Shown here: in pieces, positions 22,701-36,000 of the stretch
Layout of the letters: each line of letters begins with the position of its first letter
Position numbering within the stretch: position 1 is the first letter of the stretch
Source: Spizellomyces punctatus DAOM BR117
Taxonomy: Eukaryota
DNA length: 64,000 nucleotides
Direction: 5' to 3' (one strand)
Assembly (NCBI GenBank): GCA_000182565.2
Contig: KQ257463.1
The notes under the pieces: generated by a model
Seen by the model: the letters and a program-made list of their open reading frames with translations, nothing else
Database searches by the model: none
What the model was told of the DNA's origin: nothing
Program-made: the position numbers and the translations under genes

Positions 22701-23598
22701 GGAACTCGCCATTCTCGGTAAAAAGCGTGTTGTTGTATTTATTGAGTGTAACCTTAAGGAATCCTGTGCATCCATTATCGGCTGTGTCAAACTCTCCTTT
22801 TCTTTTCTTGCCTTTTGTGTAGAGCCTTGCTGCATGGAAACTCATGTAGCGATCATCGACTTCCTCTGGTTGGATCCTCCATGCTGTCAGGTATCTGTTA
22901 TGTTTGATATCTTTGTCGAATTGCTTGGAGGAGCATTCATCCCATGTCGTCTTGGGTTGAATAAACTGTGAGGGGGGTTTGCCGAATCCTCTCAGATGGG
23001 CGGCATGATATGAGGCAGTGGCTTCCCATGCTCTGCTGGTCCATTGCGCCTCGATGTTGTGGCTCATGTTGTTAAAGTTAAACCGAAGGGTCGGTCATTG
23101 TGTTGTCCAATCGATGGAGACCTGCTTAAGGAGTTTTAATAGAGGTAACCCTATCACTGCATCAATGCCAATATTTGCTACAATGAAAGGGATCTTTCCA
23201 AGGTTTATGAATCCTCGAGGTTGCAAATTGGACAAGACTAGTGAAGAGGTTATCATCAAGTTCGATAGGCTCTGAGATCCTTCTTCGCCCCATTTTATCC
23301 AAATGGGTTGCTCTGGAGCATACTGTTCAAAATGATGTCAGTTTGCAAACTTCTTGTTGATGAGGTAGCTTGTACATCCAGTGTCAAATAATATTCTAGC
23401 AAACTTATCGCCGATACATCCATGGATAATGAAGGGCTCCTCAATCTCAGGATTTTTGATCTTGGTGTCATCATGATGTAACAGTTCTTCCTTTTGGTCC
23501 TGATCTGGTAGTCGTGGTACAATGACCTCATGCATGTGTACCATAGCCGCTGAAGGGATCAGGGCAGTCAGCGGCTTTGCTAAAAATCCTCCATTCAT
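19765..23598 (-). pseudogene. pol: Gypsy B pol (PR-RT-RH-IN-chromodomain), many stops
   Basis: LFDTGC, MPFGLTNAPA, YLDNIL, FTDSSG, TDHKSL, QTDGKCE, FLIKWKGY. Confidence 0.9.
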
Positions 23599-23834
23599 TC
23601 ATCCTCAAAGATTTCTTCAATCGAGGATGGTTCCTCTTGTTCTGCCCAGGTGGGCTCATCGGCCTCCATGGTTTGGTACTCAATTGGGGGGTTTTCAGTT
23701 GTCGTTGATTGAACCTGGGATTGGGACATTCTGACTCCACATCCCCTTCCTGGTCCTGTACCTCTGGTAGAGGGTTGTCCGGGTCCACGAGGAGTTCCTC
23801 AACCTCGTGGCAACTGCGTGGGGTACGGGGCAGC

Positions 23835-24917
23835 TCATACTGGAGCAGATGGACATTGATGAGCATAATGCCCTCTTCCTCCGCAGTTATTGCAGACAAT
23901 GCCAGAGCTTGCTCTCGTTACTGGCCAAGTGGCACCTCGGGTTACCATGGATGTCATGCGGCCGCGGAAGGATCCTCGTCCATGAGTGGACAGGTGACTT
24001 GGCATTGTTAAGGATGGTGCGGGTGCACTGATCCAATCGATGAGTCCCCGATCATTATATGCCATATGAAGGCTCTGCTGGAGGGGGACCAATACATCAT
24101 CTTCATCATTCATTAGTGACAGCATTGTTTTCATCGAGATGAGATGATTATATAATGCTTCTCCTACTCCGCAGTTTCGGCATACGCCCTCCATATAGTA
24201 CCGCAGAATGTTGGCATCCGGTATTCTAGGTCGGCCTGTAAATCGATGGCCTGAGATATCCTCTCCCACAAGGGCGTTAAAGGCCTGGGTGTACTCCGTG
24301 ACACTCTGGCCCATGGTTAAGTTCCGGAACCGCTGGTGGAGATTATTTCGAGAGTCACGGGGGATGAACCTGTGAACACAGGCGGTTTCCAGCTCCTCGA
24401 GAGTATTGGCATGATGGTTGAAGCTAGTCCGGTTGTGCCACCAATCTAAAGCTGGACCCATGAGATAGGTTTGGATATGTGCCTCCACATCCGATCTTCT
24501 TCCTTCATTAGCATGTGCAACATGAAGGTAGCTCCTATGGGCTCCTAGGAACTCTTCTAGTTGACGAGCATCTGGCATGCCATCATATGTATGCAACCGT
24601 GCCCTGAGTGTGCTGAGCGTTGCATTAATCATCATTTCTTGCTGGCGCTCAATGCGGCAGGCAGCTGCAGCATTGGCCGCAGCTTGTTGCATGATCACGT
24701 TCCCGAACGCTTGCTGTTGCACTAGGTTGGTGAGGGTTACCAGGAGCCTGTCTAGATGACCAGGACCTGGAGGGATTGGCAGCTGTGGTGGGGGTGGCAT
24801 CGGTGCCGGCCCTGGTTCTTGCGGCGGCTGGTTGTTCTGCGGTACAGCCTCGAATTGGAAGACTGGGTTCTCTCCCTCTTCCTTGACAGTGATGAACGGG
24901 TGATTGTCTTTGGACAT
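23835..24917 (-). pseudogene. gag: Gypsy B gag
   Basis: YLMGPALDWW, GQSVTEYTQAF, CNNCGGRGHYAHQC. Confidence 0.88.
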
Positions 24918-25592
24918 TTCAGATCATTCATGGGGCTCTGGGCTGAAGGTAGAAGCTTCTGAGTTTCTATCAGAGGCGAATGGGTCGAAGATGATAGAGG
25001 GTTAAATGTCTTCCGATTCTGTAGCATGTGTGGTAGTCTCAGGTGGTGCTACCATGTAACGTCAATTGACCAGATTGCTCTAGTTGACGTTTTCTGGCAA
25101 ATCATTGGGCCCTGTGAGAGGGCTGTATAAAGACTTTGTTGTTAATACAAGAGAAAGGGAACTATTGATAGTTCCTCGCATTGCTAACTAGGCTAGCTGT
25201 TCTTCTAGTTTTTCCTTGCTTGCTGCCCCCATTTCTGAGGGGCTTTGAAGCAGCGCTCTTTTATGCTTGCTCCCTCCTTCGGCGGGGCATTGGCATGAGA
25301 TTTCCCGCCTCCGCCAGTGCGGTCCCTCTTGTGCCAATCAGAAATGATTGGTGCTAGTGAATAAAGAGACAAATAATCTTCTAACTATGGGGCCACCGCG
25401 GAACCGAATGACTTTGACAGGTCATCGGTGCGGCAGGGCTTACATAATCTAACTACTGTTATGCGCTGTGCCATACTTTGGCCATACATGGCTACATGAT
25501 CACTATAGCTATATATGGTGATATGAGAGACACGTCGCGAAAATCTAAGTCCGCATGTAAGTGCGAATACTAAAGGACAGGTCTACCTTACA

Positions 25593-28500
25593 GCAGTGGT
25601 AATAGCATTTTTGATCTTTTCAAATGCCGCTTTTCCTTCTTCTTTCCATTGCCATGTCTTCTTTCCAGATTGTAGTTGTGAGAGGGGCATCACAATTTCT
25701 GCATATCAGTCAATGAAGTCAATGAAGTAATTAGTTAATCCTAAGAATCATTGGACATCATGATGGTTTTGCAACTCTGGCCAGTCTTGGACAGCTAGAA
25801 TCTTGCTGGGAGCGATCCGTATTCCATTTCGTCCGATAATATGTCTGCAGAACTCGACCTCAGGTTGTCCCCACATGCACTTGGCTGGGTTCACATAGAG
25901 TTTGTGTTCAGTTAAGACTCGAAGCACAATATCTACATGCTTCTGGTGTTCCTCCATTGTCCTGGAGAATACCAGGATGTCGTCGAGGTAGGTGAGGACT
26001 AGGTCATCATAATGTGGGCCAAGGATCTTGTTGATGAGGCGCTGAAATGCAGCTGGAGCGTTAGTTAATCCGAAAGGCATCACAAGATACTCAAAGTGTC
26101 CAAATCATGTACAAATGGCAGTCTTTTCCACATCACGTGGGTTTATTCTAATGCGATGGTAAGCATCTTTGATGTCGACACTCATGAAGAACTTTGCACC
26201 AGCTACACAATCTCACATCTCCTGTAGATTTGGTAGCGGGGTCCGGTCCTTTTTGGTTATGGCATTTAGTCCTCAATAGTCTAAACATACTCGTAATCCC
26301 CCATCTTTCTTCTTGGCAAACACTATTTGGGCTCCCCAGGGGCTAGTGGAGTGTCATATTCGTCCTTTCGCTAGGAGGTCATCGAGCTGTTGATGAGGCT
26401 CCTCTAACTCATTGGTACTCATATGTTGTAAGGGGTATGTGAGTGGTTTAGCTCCAGGAAGGAGTTCAATGCTAAAATTGTCTTCCCCTCGGTCTGGGGG
26501 GAACTCGCCATTCTCGGTAAAAAGCGTGTTGTTGTATTTATTGAGTGTAACCTTACGGAATCCTGTGCATCCATTATCGGCTGTGTCAAACTCTCCTTTT
26601 CTTTTCTTGCCTTTTGTGTAGAGCCTTGCTGCATGGAAACTCATGTAGCGATCATCGACTTCCTCTGGTTGGATCCTCCATGCTGTCAGGTATCTGTTAT
26701 GTTTGATATCTTTGTCGAATTGCTTGGAGGAGCATTCATCCCATGTCGTCTTGGGTTGAATAAACTGTGAGGGGGGTTTGCCGAATCCTCTCAGATGGGC
26801 GGCATGATATGAGGCAGTGGCTTCCCATGCTCTGCTGGTCCATTGCGCCTCGATGTTGTGGCTCATGTTGTTAAAGTTAAACCGAAGGGTCGGTCATTGT
26901 GTTGTCCAATCGATGGAGACCTGCTTAAGGAGTTTTAATAGAGGTAACCCTATCACTGCATCAATGCCAATATTTGCTACAATGAAAGGGATCTTTCCAA
27001 GGTTTATGAATCCTCGAGGTTGCGAATTGGACAAGACTAGTGAAGAGGTTATCATCAAGTTCGATAGGCTCTGAGATCCTTCTTCGCCCCATTTTATCCA
27101 AATGGGTTGCTCTGGAGCATACTGTTCAAAATGATGTCAGTTTGCAAACTTCTTGTTGATGAGGTAGCTTGTACATCCAGTGTCAAATAATATTCTAGCA
27201 AACTTATCGCCGATACGTCCATGGATAATGAAGGGCTCCTCAATCTCAGGATTTTTGATCTTGGTGTCATCATGATGTAACAGTTCTTCCTTTTGGTCCT
27301 GATCTGGTAGTCGTGGTACAATGACCTCATGCATGTGTACCATAGCCGCTGAAGGGATCAGGGCAGTCAGCGGCTTTGCTAAAAATCCTCCATTCATTCA
27401 TCCTCAAAGATTTCTTCAATCGAGGATGGTTCCTCTTGTTCTGCCCAGGTGGGCTCATCGGCCTCCATGGTTTGGTACTCAATTGGGGGTTTTCAGTTGT
27501 CGTTGATTGAACCTGGGATTGGGACATTCTGACTCCACATCCCCTTCCTGGTCCTGTACCTCTGGTAGAGGGTTGTCCGGGTCCACGAGGAGTTCCTCAA
27601 CCTCGTGGCAACTGCGTGGGGTACAGGGCAGCTCATACTGGAGCAGATGGACATTGATGAGCATAATGCCCTCTTCCTCCGCAGTTATTGCAGACAATGC
27701 CAGAGCTTGCTCTCGTTACTGGCCAAGTGGCACCTCGGGTTACCATGGATGTCATGCGGCCGCGGAAGGATCCTCGTCCATGAGTGGACAGGTGACTTGG
27801 CATTGTTAAGGATGGTGCGGGTGCACTGATCCAATCGATGAGTCCCCGATCATTATATGCCATATGAAGGCTCTGCTGGAGGGGGACCAATACATCATCT
27901 TCATCATTCATTAGTGACAGCATTGTTTTCATCGAGATGAGATGATTATATAATGCTTCTCCTACTCCGCAGTTTCGGCATACGCCCTCCATATAGTACC
28001 GCAGAATGTTGGCATCCGGTATTCTAGGTCGGCCTGTAAATCGATGGCCTGAGATATCCTCTCCCACAAGGGCGTTAAAGGCCTGGGTGTACTCCGTGAC
28101 ACTCTGGCCCATGGTTAAGTTCCGGAACCGCTGGTGGAGATTATTTCGAGAGTCACGGGGGATGAACCTGTGAACACAGGCGGTTTCCAGCTCCTCGAGA
28201 GTATTGGCATGATGGTTGAAGCTAGTCCGGTTGTGCCACCAATCTAAAGCTGGACCCATGAGATAGGTTTGGATATGTGCCTCCACATCCGATCTTCTTC
28301 CTTCATTAGCATGTGCAACATGAAGGTAGCTCCTATGGGCTCCTAGGAACTCTTCTAGTTGACGAGCATCTGGCATGCCATCATATGTATGCAACCGTGC
28401 CCTGAGTGTGCTGAGCGTTGCATTAATCATCATTTCTTGCTGGCGCTCAATGCGGCAGGCAGCTGCAGCATTGGCCACAGCTTGTTGCATGATCACGTTC

Positions 28501-29390
28501 CCGAACGCTTGCTGTTGCACTAGGTTGGTGAGGGTTACCAGGAGCCTGTCTAGATGACCAGCACCTGGAGGGATTGGCAGCTGTGGTGGGGGTGGCATCG
28601 GTGCCGGCCCTGGTTCTTGCGGCGGCTGGTTGTTCTGCGGTACAGCCTCGAATTGGAAGACTGGGTTCTCTCCCTCTTCCTTGACAGTGATGAACGGGTG
28701 ATTGTCTTTGGACATTTCAGATCATTCATGGGGCTCTGGGCTGAAGGTAGAAGCTTCTGAGTTTCTATCAGAGGCGAATGGGTCGAAGATGATAGAGGGT
28801 TGAATGTCTTCCGATTCTGTAGCATGTGTGGTAGTCTCAGGTGGTGCTACCATGTAACGTCAATCGACCAGATTGCTCTAGTTGACGTTTTCTGGCAAAT
28901 CATTGGGCCCTGTGAGAGGGCTGTATAAAGACTTTGTTGTTAATACAAGAGAAAGGGAACTATTGATAGTTCCTTGCATTGCTAACTAGGCTAGCTGTTC
29001 TTCTAGTTTTTCCTTGCTTGCTGCCCCCATTTCTGAGGGGCTTTGAAGCAGCGCTCTTTTATGCTTGCTCCCTCCTTCGGCGGGGCATTGGCATGAGATT
29101 TCCCACCTCCGCCAGTGCGGTCCCTCTTGCGCCAATCAGAAATGATTGGTGCTAGTGAATAAAGAGACAAATAATCTTCTAACTATGGGGCCACCGCGGA
29201 ACCGAATGACTTTGACAGGTCATCGGTGCGGCAGGGCTTACATAATCTAACTACTGTTATGCGCTGTGCCATACTTTGGCCATACATGGCTACATGATCA
29301 CTATAGCTATATATGGTGATATGAGAGACACGTCGCGAAAATCTAAGTCCGCATGTAAGTGCGAATACTAAAGGACAGGTCTACCTTACA
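25593..29390 (-). mobile_element. 3798-bp tandem duplication of gypsy B RT-PR-gag-LTR (chimeric copy)
   Basis: A second LTR|GCAGT junction at 29390/29391; LTR 28853-29390 near-identical to 25055-25592. Confidence 0.88.
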
Positions 29391-32300
29391 GCAGTGGTAA
29401 TAGCATTTTTGATCTTTTCAAATGCCGCTTTTCCTTCTTCTTTCCATTGCCATGTCTTCTTTCCAGATTGTAGTTGTGAGAGGGGCATCACAATTTCTGC
29501 ATATCAGTCAATGAAGTCAATGAAGTAATTAGTTAATCCTAAGAATCATTGGACATCATGATGGTTTTGCAACTCTGGCCAGTCTTGGACAGCTAGAATC
29601 TTGCTGGGAGCGATCCGTATTCCGTTTCGTCCGATAATATGTCTGCAGAACTCGACCTCAGGTTGTCCCCACATGCACTTGGCTGGGTTCACATAGAGTT
29701 TGTGTTCAGTTAAGACTCGAAGCACAATATCTACATGCTTCTGGTGTTCCTCCATTGTCCTGGAGAATACCAGGATGTCGTCGAGGTAGGTGAGGACTAG
29801 GTCATCATAATGTGGGCCAAGGATCTTGTTGATGAGGCGCTGAAATGCAGCTGGAGCGTTAGTTAATCCGAAAGGCATCACAAGATACTCAAAGTGTCCA
29901 AATCATGTACAAATGGCAGTCTTTTCCACATCACGTGGGTTTATTCTAATGCGATGGTAAGCATCTTTGATGTCGACACTCATGAAGAACTTTGCACCAG
30001 CTACACAATCTCACATCTCCTGTAGATTTGGTAGCGGGGTCCGGTCCTTTTTGGTTATGGCATTTAGTCCTCAATAGTCTAAACATACTCATAATCCCCC
30101 ATCTTTCTTCTTGGCAAACACTATTTGGGCTCCCCAGGGGCTAGTGGAGTGTCATATTCGTCCTTTCGCTAGGAGGTCATCGAGCTGTTGATGAGGCTCC
30201 TCTAACTCATTGGTACTCATATGTTGTAAGGGGTATGTGAGTGGTTTAGCTCCAGGAAGGAGTTCAATGCTAAAATTGTCTTCCCCTCGGTCTGGGGGGA
30301 ACTTGCCATTCTTGGTAAAAAGCGTGTTGTTGTATTTATCGAGTGTAACCTTAAGGAATCCTGTGCATCCATTATCAGCTGTGTCAAACTCTCCTTTTCT
30401 TTTCTTGCCTTGTGTGTAGAGCCGTGCTGCATGGAAACTCACGTAGTGATCATCGACTTCCTCTGGTTGGATCCTCCATGCTGTCAGGTATCTGTTATGT
30501 TTGATAACTTTGTCGAATCGTTTGGAGGAGCATTCATCCCATGTCATTGTGGGTTGAATAAATGGTGAGGGAGGTTTGCCAAATCCTCTCAGATGGGCAG
30601 CATGATATGAGGCAGTGGCTTCCCATGCTCTGCTGGTCCATTGCACCTCGATGTTATGGCTCACGTTGTTAAAGTTAAACCGAAGGGTTGGTTGTTGTGC
30701 TGCCCAATCGATGGAGACTTGCTTAAGGAGTTTTAATAGAGGTAACCCTATCACTGCATCAATGCCAATATTTGCTACAACAAAAGGGATCTTTCCGAGG
30801 TTTATGAATCCTCGAGGTTGTGAATTGGACAAGACTAGTGAAGAGGTTATCATCAAGTTCGATAGGCTCTGAGATCCTTCTTCGCCCCATTTTATCCAAA
30901 GGGGTTGCTCTGAAGCATACTGTTCGAAATGATGTCAGGTTGCGAACTTCTTGTTGATAAGGTAGCTTGTACATCCAGTGTCAAATAATATTCTAGCAAA
31001 CTTATCACCGATACATCCATGGATAATGAAGGGCTCCTCAATCTCATGATTTTTGATCTTGGTGTCATCATGTTGTGATGATTCTTCCTTCTGGTCCTGA
31101 TCTGGTAGTCATGGTACAGTGGCCTCATGCATGTGTACCATAGCCGCTGAAGGGATCAGGGCCGTCAGCGGCTTTGCTAAAAATCCTCCGTTCATTCATC
31201 CTCAAAGATTTCTTCAATCGAGGATGGTTCCTCTTGCTCTGCCCCGGTGGGCTCGTCGACCTCCATGGTTTGGTACTCAATTGGAGGATGTTCAGTCATC
31301 ATTGAGTGAACCTGGGATTGGGACATTCTGACCCCACGTCCTCTTCCTGGTCCTGTACCTCTGGTAGAGGGTTGTCCAGATCCATGAGGAGTTCCTCAAC
31401 CTCGTGGCGACTGCATGGGGTATGGGGCAGCTCATGTTGGAGCAGATGGGCATTGGTGAGCATAATGCCCTCTTCCTCCACAGTTATTGCAGACAATGCC
31501 AGAGCTTGCTCTCGTTACTGGCCAAGTGGCACCTCAGGTTACCATGGATGTCATGCGGCCATGAAAGGATCCTCGTCCATGAGTGGACGGGTGACTTGGC
31601 ATTGTTAAGGATGGTGTGGGTGCACCGATTCAATCAATGAGTCCCCGATCATTATATGCCATATGAAGGCTCTGCTGCAGGGGGACCAATACATCTTCTT
31701 CATCATTCATTAGTGACAGCATTGTTTTCATCGAGATGAGATGATTATATAATGCTTCTCCTACTCCATGGTTTTGGCAGACGCCCTCCATATAGTATCA
31801 CAGAATGTCGGCATCCAGTATTCTAGGTCAGTCTGTAAGTCGATGGCCTGAGATATCTTCTCCCACAAGGGCGTTAAAGGCCTGGGTGTACTCCATGACA
31901 CTCTGGCCCATGGTTAAGTTCTGGAACTGCTGGTGGAGATTATTTCGAGAGTCCCAGGGGATGAACCTGTGAACACAGGCGGTTTCCAGCTCCTTGAGAG
32001 TATTGGCGTGATGGTTGAAGCTCATCCAGTTGTGCCACCAATCTAAAGCTGGACCCATGAGATAGGTTTGGATATGTGCCTCCACATCCAATCTTCTTCC
32101 TTCATTAGCATGTGCAACACGAAGGTAGCTCCTATGGGCTCCTAGGAACTCTTCTAGTTGACGAGCATCTGGCATGCCATCATACATATGCAACCATGCT
32201 CTAAGTGTGCTGAGCATTGCATTAATCATCATTTCTTGCTGGCGCTCAATGCGGCGGGCAGCTGCAGCATTGGCCACAGCTTGTTGTGTGATCATGTTCC

Positions 32301-33085
32301 TGAACGCTTGCTGTTGCACTAGGTTGGTGAGGGTTACCAGGAGCCTGTCTAGATGACCAGCACCTGGAGGGATTGGCAGCTGTGGTGGGGGTGGCATCAG
32401 TGCCAGCACTGGTTCTTGTGGCAGCTGGTTGTTCCCCAGTACAGCCTTGAATTGGAAGACTGGGTCCTCTCCCTCTTCCTCGGCAGTGATAAATGGGTGA
32501 TCGTCTTCAGATATTTCGGATCATTCATGGGGCTCTGGGCTGAAGGTAGCAGCTTCTGAGTTTCTATCAGAGGCAAATTGTAACAGGCTAGCAGGGACAA
32601 GAAGACAACAGAAAACTAGGGAAGACTTGGTTACTACTTGTTATTCTCCTTTGAGGGGCCTCAGAGAGGTCCTCTTTTTATAGACAAAAGGGGCTGACAA
32701 ATGCTATATCCTAACTACCCAATCAGATCTCACCCACATCATCCTAAACTGTTTGTCAGCCTATTGCACCATTTGCAACCAATCAGATCTTGTACATGTC
32801 ATCCTAAACTATTTGTCAGCCTATTGCACCATTTATAGCCAATCACAAGTGAGACAAGTCATCCTAAATACACTGTGCCACTTGATTAAAAGGGGCAGAT
32901 GCTAGTGTGTCAGGATACTCATCTAATTTAGCCAGAAATGGCTAAATCTGCTTATTTATCTAATTCTGGTCAAATGAATGCTGACACCATCAGCAAAGTC
33001 ATGTGACCACTAGTTTGGAACCACATCTAACCAGTATAACCATAGCACTGACAGAAGAATTCTGTCACACTCCCCCACTTTAAGA

Positions 33086-36000
33086 TTAAGCTCCCTTCTG
33101 GGCCAGGAACTCCTTCAAGATTTCTCTGCCATGGGGTAGGATGTTCTCTTCTGGTTCCCAAGTGTTCTGAGAGGAGGGGTATCCTTTCCACTTGATGAGG
33201 TAGAGATTCTTCTTCCTTCTGGTCTTGTGGTCAAGAATCTTCTCAACTTCCCAAAACTCTTCTCCTTGCTGGATAATTGGCTCAGGCTCAGGGGGTACTG
33301 GTCTGGTAGGGAAGTCCTCTGTGGGGTCCAAGTAAGGCTTGAGGAGTCTCACATGGAACACTGGATGAATCTTCATGGTGCTGGGGAGCTCCAGGGTGTA
33401 ATTCTGAAATTCATCCTTGGCCTTGATTCTGTAAGGTCCAAGCCAGGGGTGAAGAAGTTTCTGGGCTGGTCTCTGGGCTTCTTCTTCTGGGGTGATGCCT
33501 TCTCTGGATAGCCAAACTTTGGAGCCTATGGGGTAGCTTGGGGCATTGCTGAGAGACTTGTTGGCTTGCTGAACTTGTCTTTCTTGGGCTAGTATCATGT
33601 TATCCTTGGCTACTTGAAGCAGTTGCTGAATATACTGGTGGAAGTCTGTTGCTTCAGGATCATTGCTTTCTCCTGGTGGTGTTGCTGGGGTCCTGGGATG
33701 CTGGCCATTCTCCAAGTAGAATGGGGTAAAGCCTGTAGTTTCTGAGACACTGTTGTTGTAGGCAAACTCAGCAAAGGGGAGAAGATCTTCCCAATTCTTC
33801 ATGTTGTACTCCAGGGAAGCTCTCAGGTAGATCTTCAAAGTCTTGATGGTTCTCTCTGCCTGTCCATTGGTCTGCTGGTGTCTTGCAGTGGCTAGGAGGG
33901 TGTTGCAGCCTAAGAGTTGCATCAAGTTGGACCAGAATGAACTGGTGAACTTGGTGTCTCTGTCTGATACAATCACTTCTGGGAGGCCATGGTGCTTGAA
34001 GATGTGCTTCAAGAAGAGCAGGGCCAGGTCCTTGGCTGAGGCTCTGGTGGTGGTAGGGATGAAGTGGCTTCTCTTTGACAATCTGTCAACAATGATAAAG
34101 ATGGCATTGTGACCAGAGGAAGTCATGGGTAGGTCAGGGATCAGGTCAATGGAGATCTGGCTCCATCTGGTCTTGGGTACTGGGAGGGGCTGCAGCAAGC
34201 CTGCTGGTGGTTGCTGACTAGGTTTGCTTCTCTGGCAGGAATCACAAGACTTGACATACTTCTTAATGTCCTTGTACATCCTTGGCCAGTAGTAATGCCT
34301 TGCTAGGGCATCATGGGTCTTGGTGATGCCAAAGTGTCCAGCATACTGAGTGTCATGGGTTTCTTGGAGTAGGCTCAACCTTAGGTCTGGGTCACTAGGA
34401 ACAAAGATCCTGTCCTGGAAGTAGAGTAACCCATCTTGATGGCTGAGGTACTTGAGCCTTTGTTGCTGGTCTTCTGGTCTCCTGGGGTCATCCAAAGCTT
34501 GGATGAGCTCTTGAAGTTCTGGGTCTTCTGTGGTACTGGTCTTCAATCTCTCTTGAAGGGTGCTGGTGGTGTGGGTCACAGCATTCAACTCTGCTGCCAC
34601 CAAGGCCTTGCACTTGATGCATCTTGGGGCCAGGTCTGGTCTTCTAGACAGGATGTCGCCACTGTGTGGAGTCTTCCTGGGCCATAGCCAATCTCAAAGT
34701 CAAAAGATTGGAAATTCATGACCCATCTGGCTTGTCTTCTGGTCAAGAAGTGCTGGTTCTGTAGCCACTTGAGGGACTGGTGGTCTGAGATAACTTTGAA
34801 GGGGGTTCCTTCCAGGTAGGGCCTCCAAACTCTGAGGGCATCATGGATGGCTAACAGCTCTTGTTCTCTGGTGTCATATCTGGTCTCTGCTGGGGCCATC
34901 TTCCTGGAGTGGTAGGCAACTGGTCTCATGCCTTTCCCATCATCCTGCCCAAGCCATGCTCCAACTGCATAACCTGAGGCATCAGGGAAGACAGTGGTAG
35001 GCAAGGCTGGGTCAAAGGGTCTGAGTACAGGAGCTTTGGTGACCATATCCTTCAGCTGCTGAAAAGCTTTCTCCTGAGGTTCAGACCAGGTCCAGGGCTT
35101 GTCATTCCTCAACACGTCTGTCAATGGTGCAGCTTGCTCTGCCAGGTCCTCCAGAAAGCTATGGAAGTAGTTCACCAGGCCCATGAACTGTCTGACTTCA
35201 GTGACACTCTTGGGGGTGGGCCATTCTTGAACAGTCTGCACTTTCTTGGGGTCAAGCTTGACTCCTTCATGTGAGACTACATGGCCAAGAAACTCTACTT
35301 CTTGCTTGAAGAACTGGCACTTGCTGGGGTTGGCATACAGCTTGTTCTGCCTGAGGGCTTGCAGAACCTGCTTGAGGTGGTCCAGGTGATCTTCTGGGGT
35401 CTTGGAGTAGATGAGGATGTCATCTAGGTAGACAATAACAAAGATGTCCAAGAAGGGTCTAAGGACATCATTCATCAAAGTCATGAAAGTGGCTGGGGCA
35501 TTGGTCATTCCAAAGGACATGACCAGGAACTCAAAGTGACCATATCCGGTTCTGAAGGCTGTCTTGGGGATGTCTTCTGGGTGGACTCTGATCTGGTAAT
35601 AGCCTGACTTCAGATCTAGCTTGGTAAACACCTGGGCTCCATTCAGCCTATCCATCAGCTCATCAATCCTAGGGAGGGGATATCTGTTCTTGATGGTGAT
35701 CTTGTTCAGAGCCCTGTAGTCCACACACATCCTCAAAGACCCTTCTTTCTTCTTGACAAAGAGGATAGGTGCTCCAAATGGGCTCTTGGATGGTCTGATG
35801 TGGCCTGCCTCCAGAAGCTCTGAAAGCTGCTTCCTCAGTTCTTCTAACTCCAAAGAAGAGAGGTGGTAGGTTGGTCTCCAGGGGGTCTGGTTGGGGTCAC
35901 TGAGTTCAATTCTGTGATCTACTGATCTCTCAGGGGGAAGTCCTGGGGGAAGCTCTTCAGCAAAGACATCTTGATAGTTTTCAAGAAGCTTGGTGACTTT

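Larger units (their letters stand above)
18374..25592 (-). mobile_element. Inner full-length gypsy B chromovirus inserted in the outer B copy
   Basis: LTRs 18374-18912 and 25055-25592, TSD GCAGT (18369-18373 and 25593-25597), PBS TGGTAGCACCACC. Confidence 0.92.
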
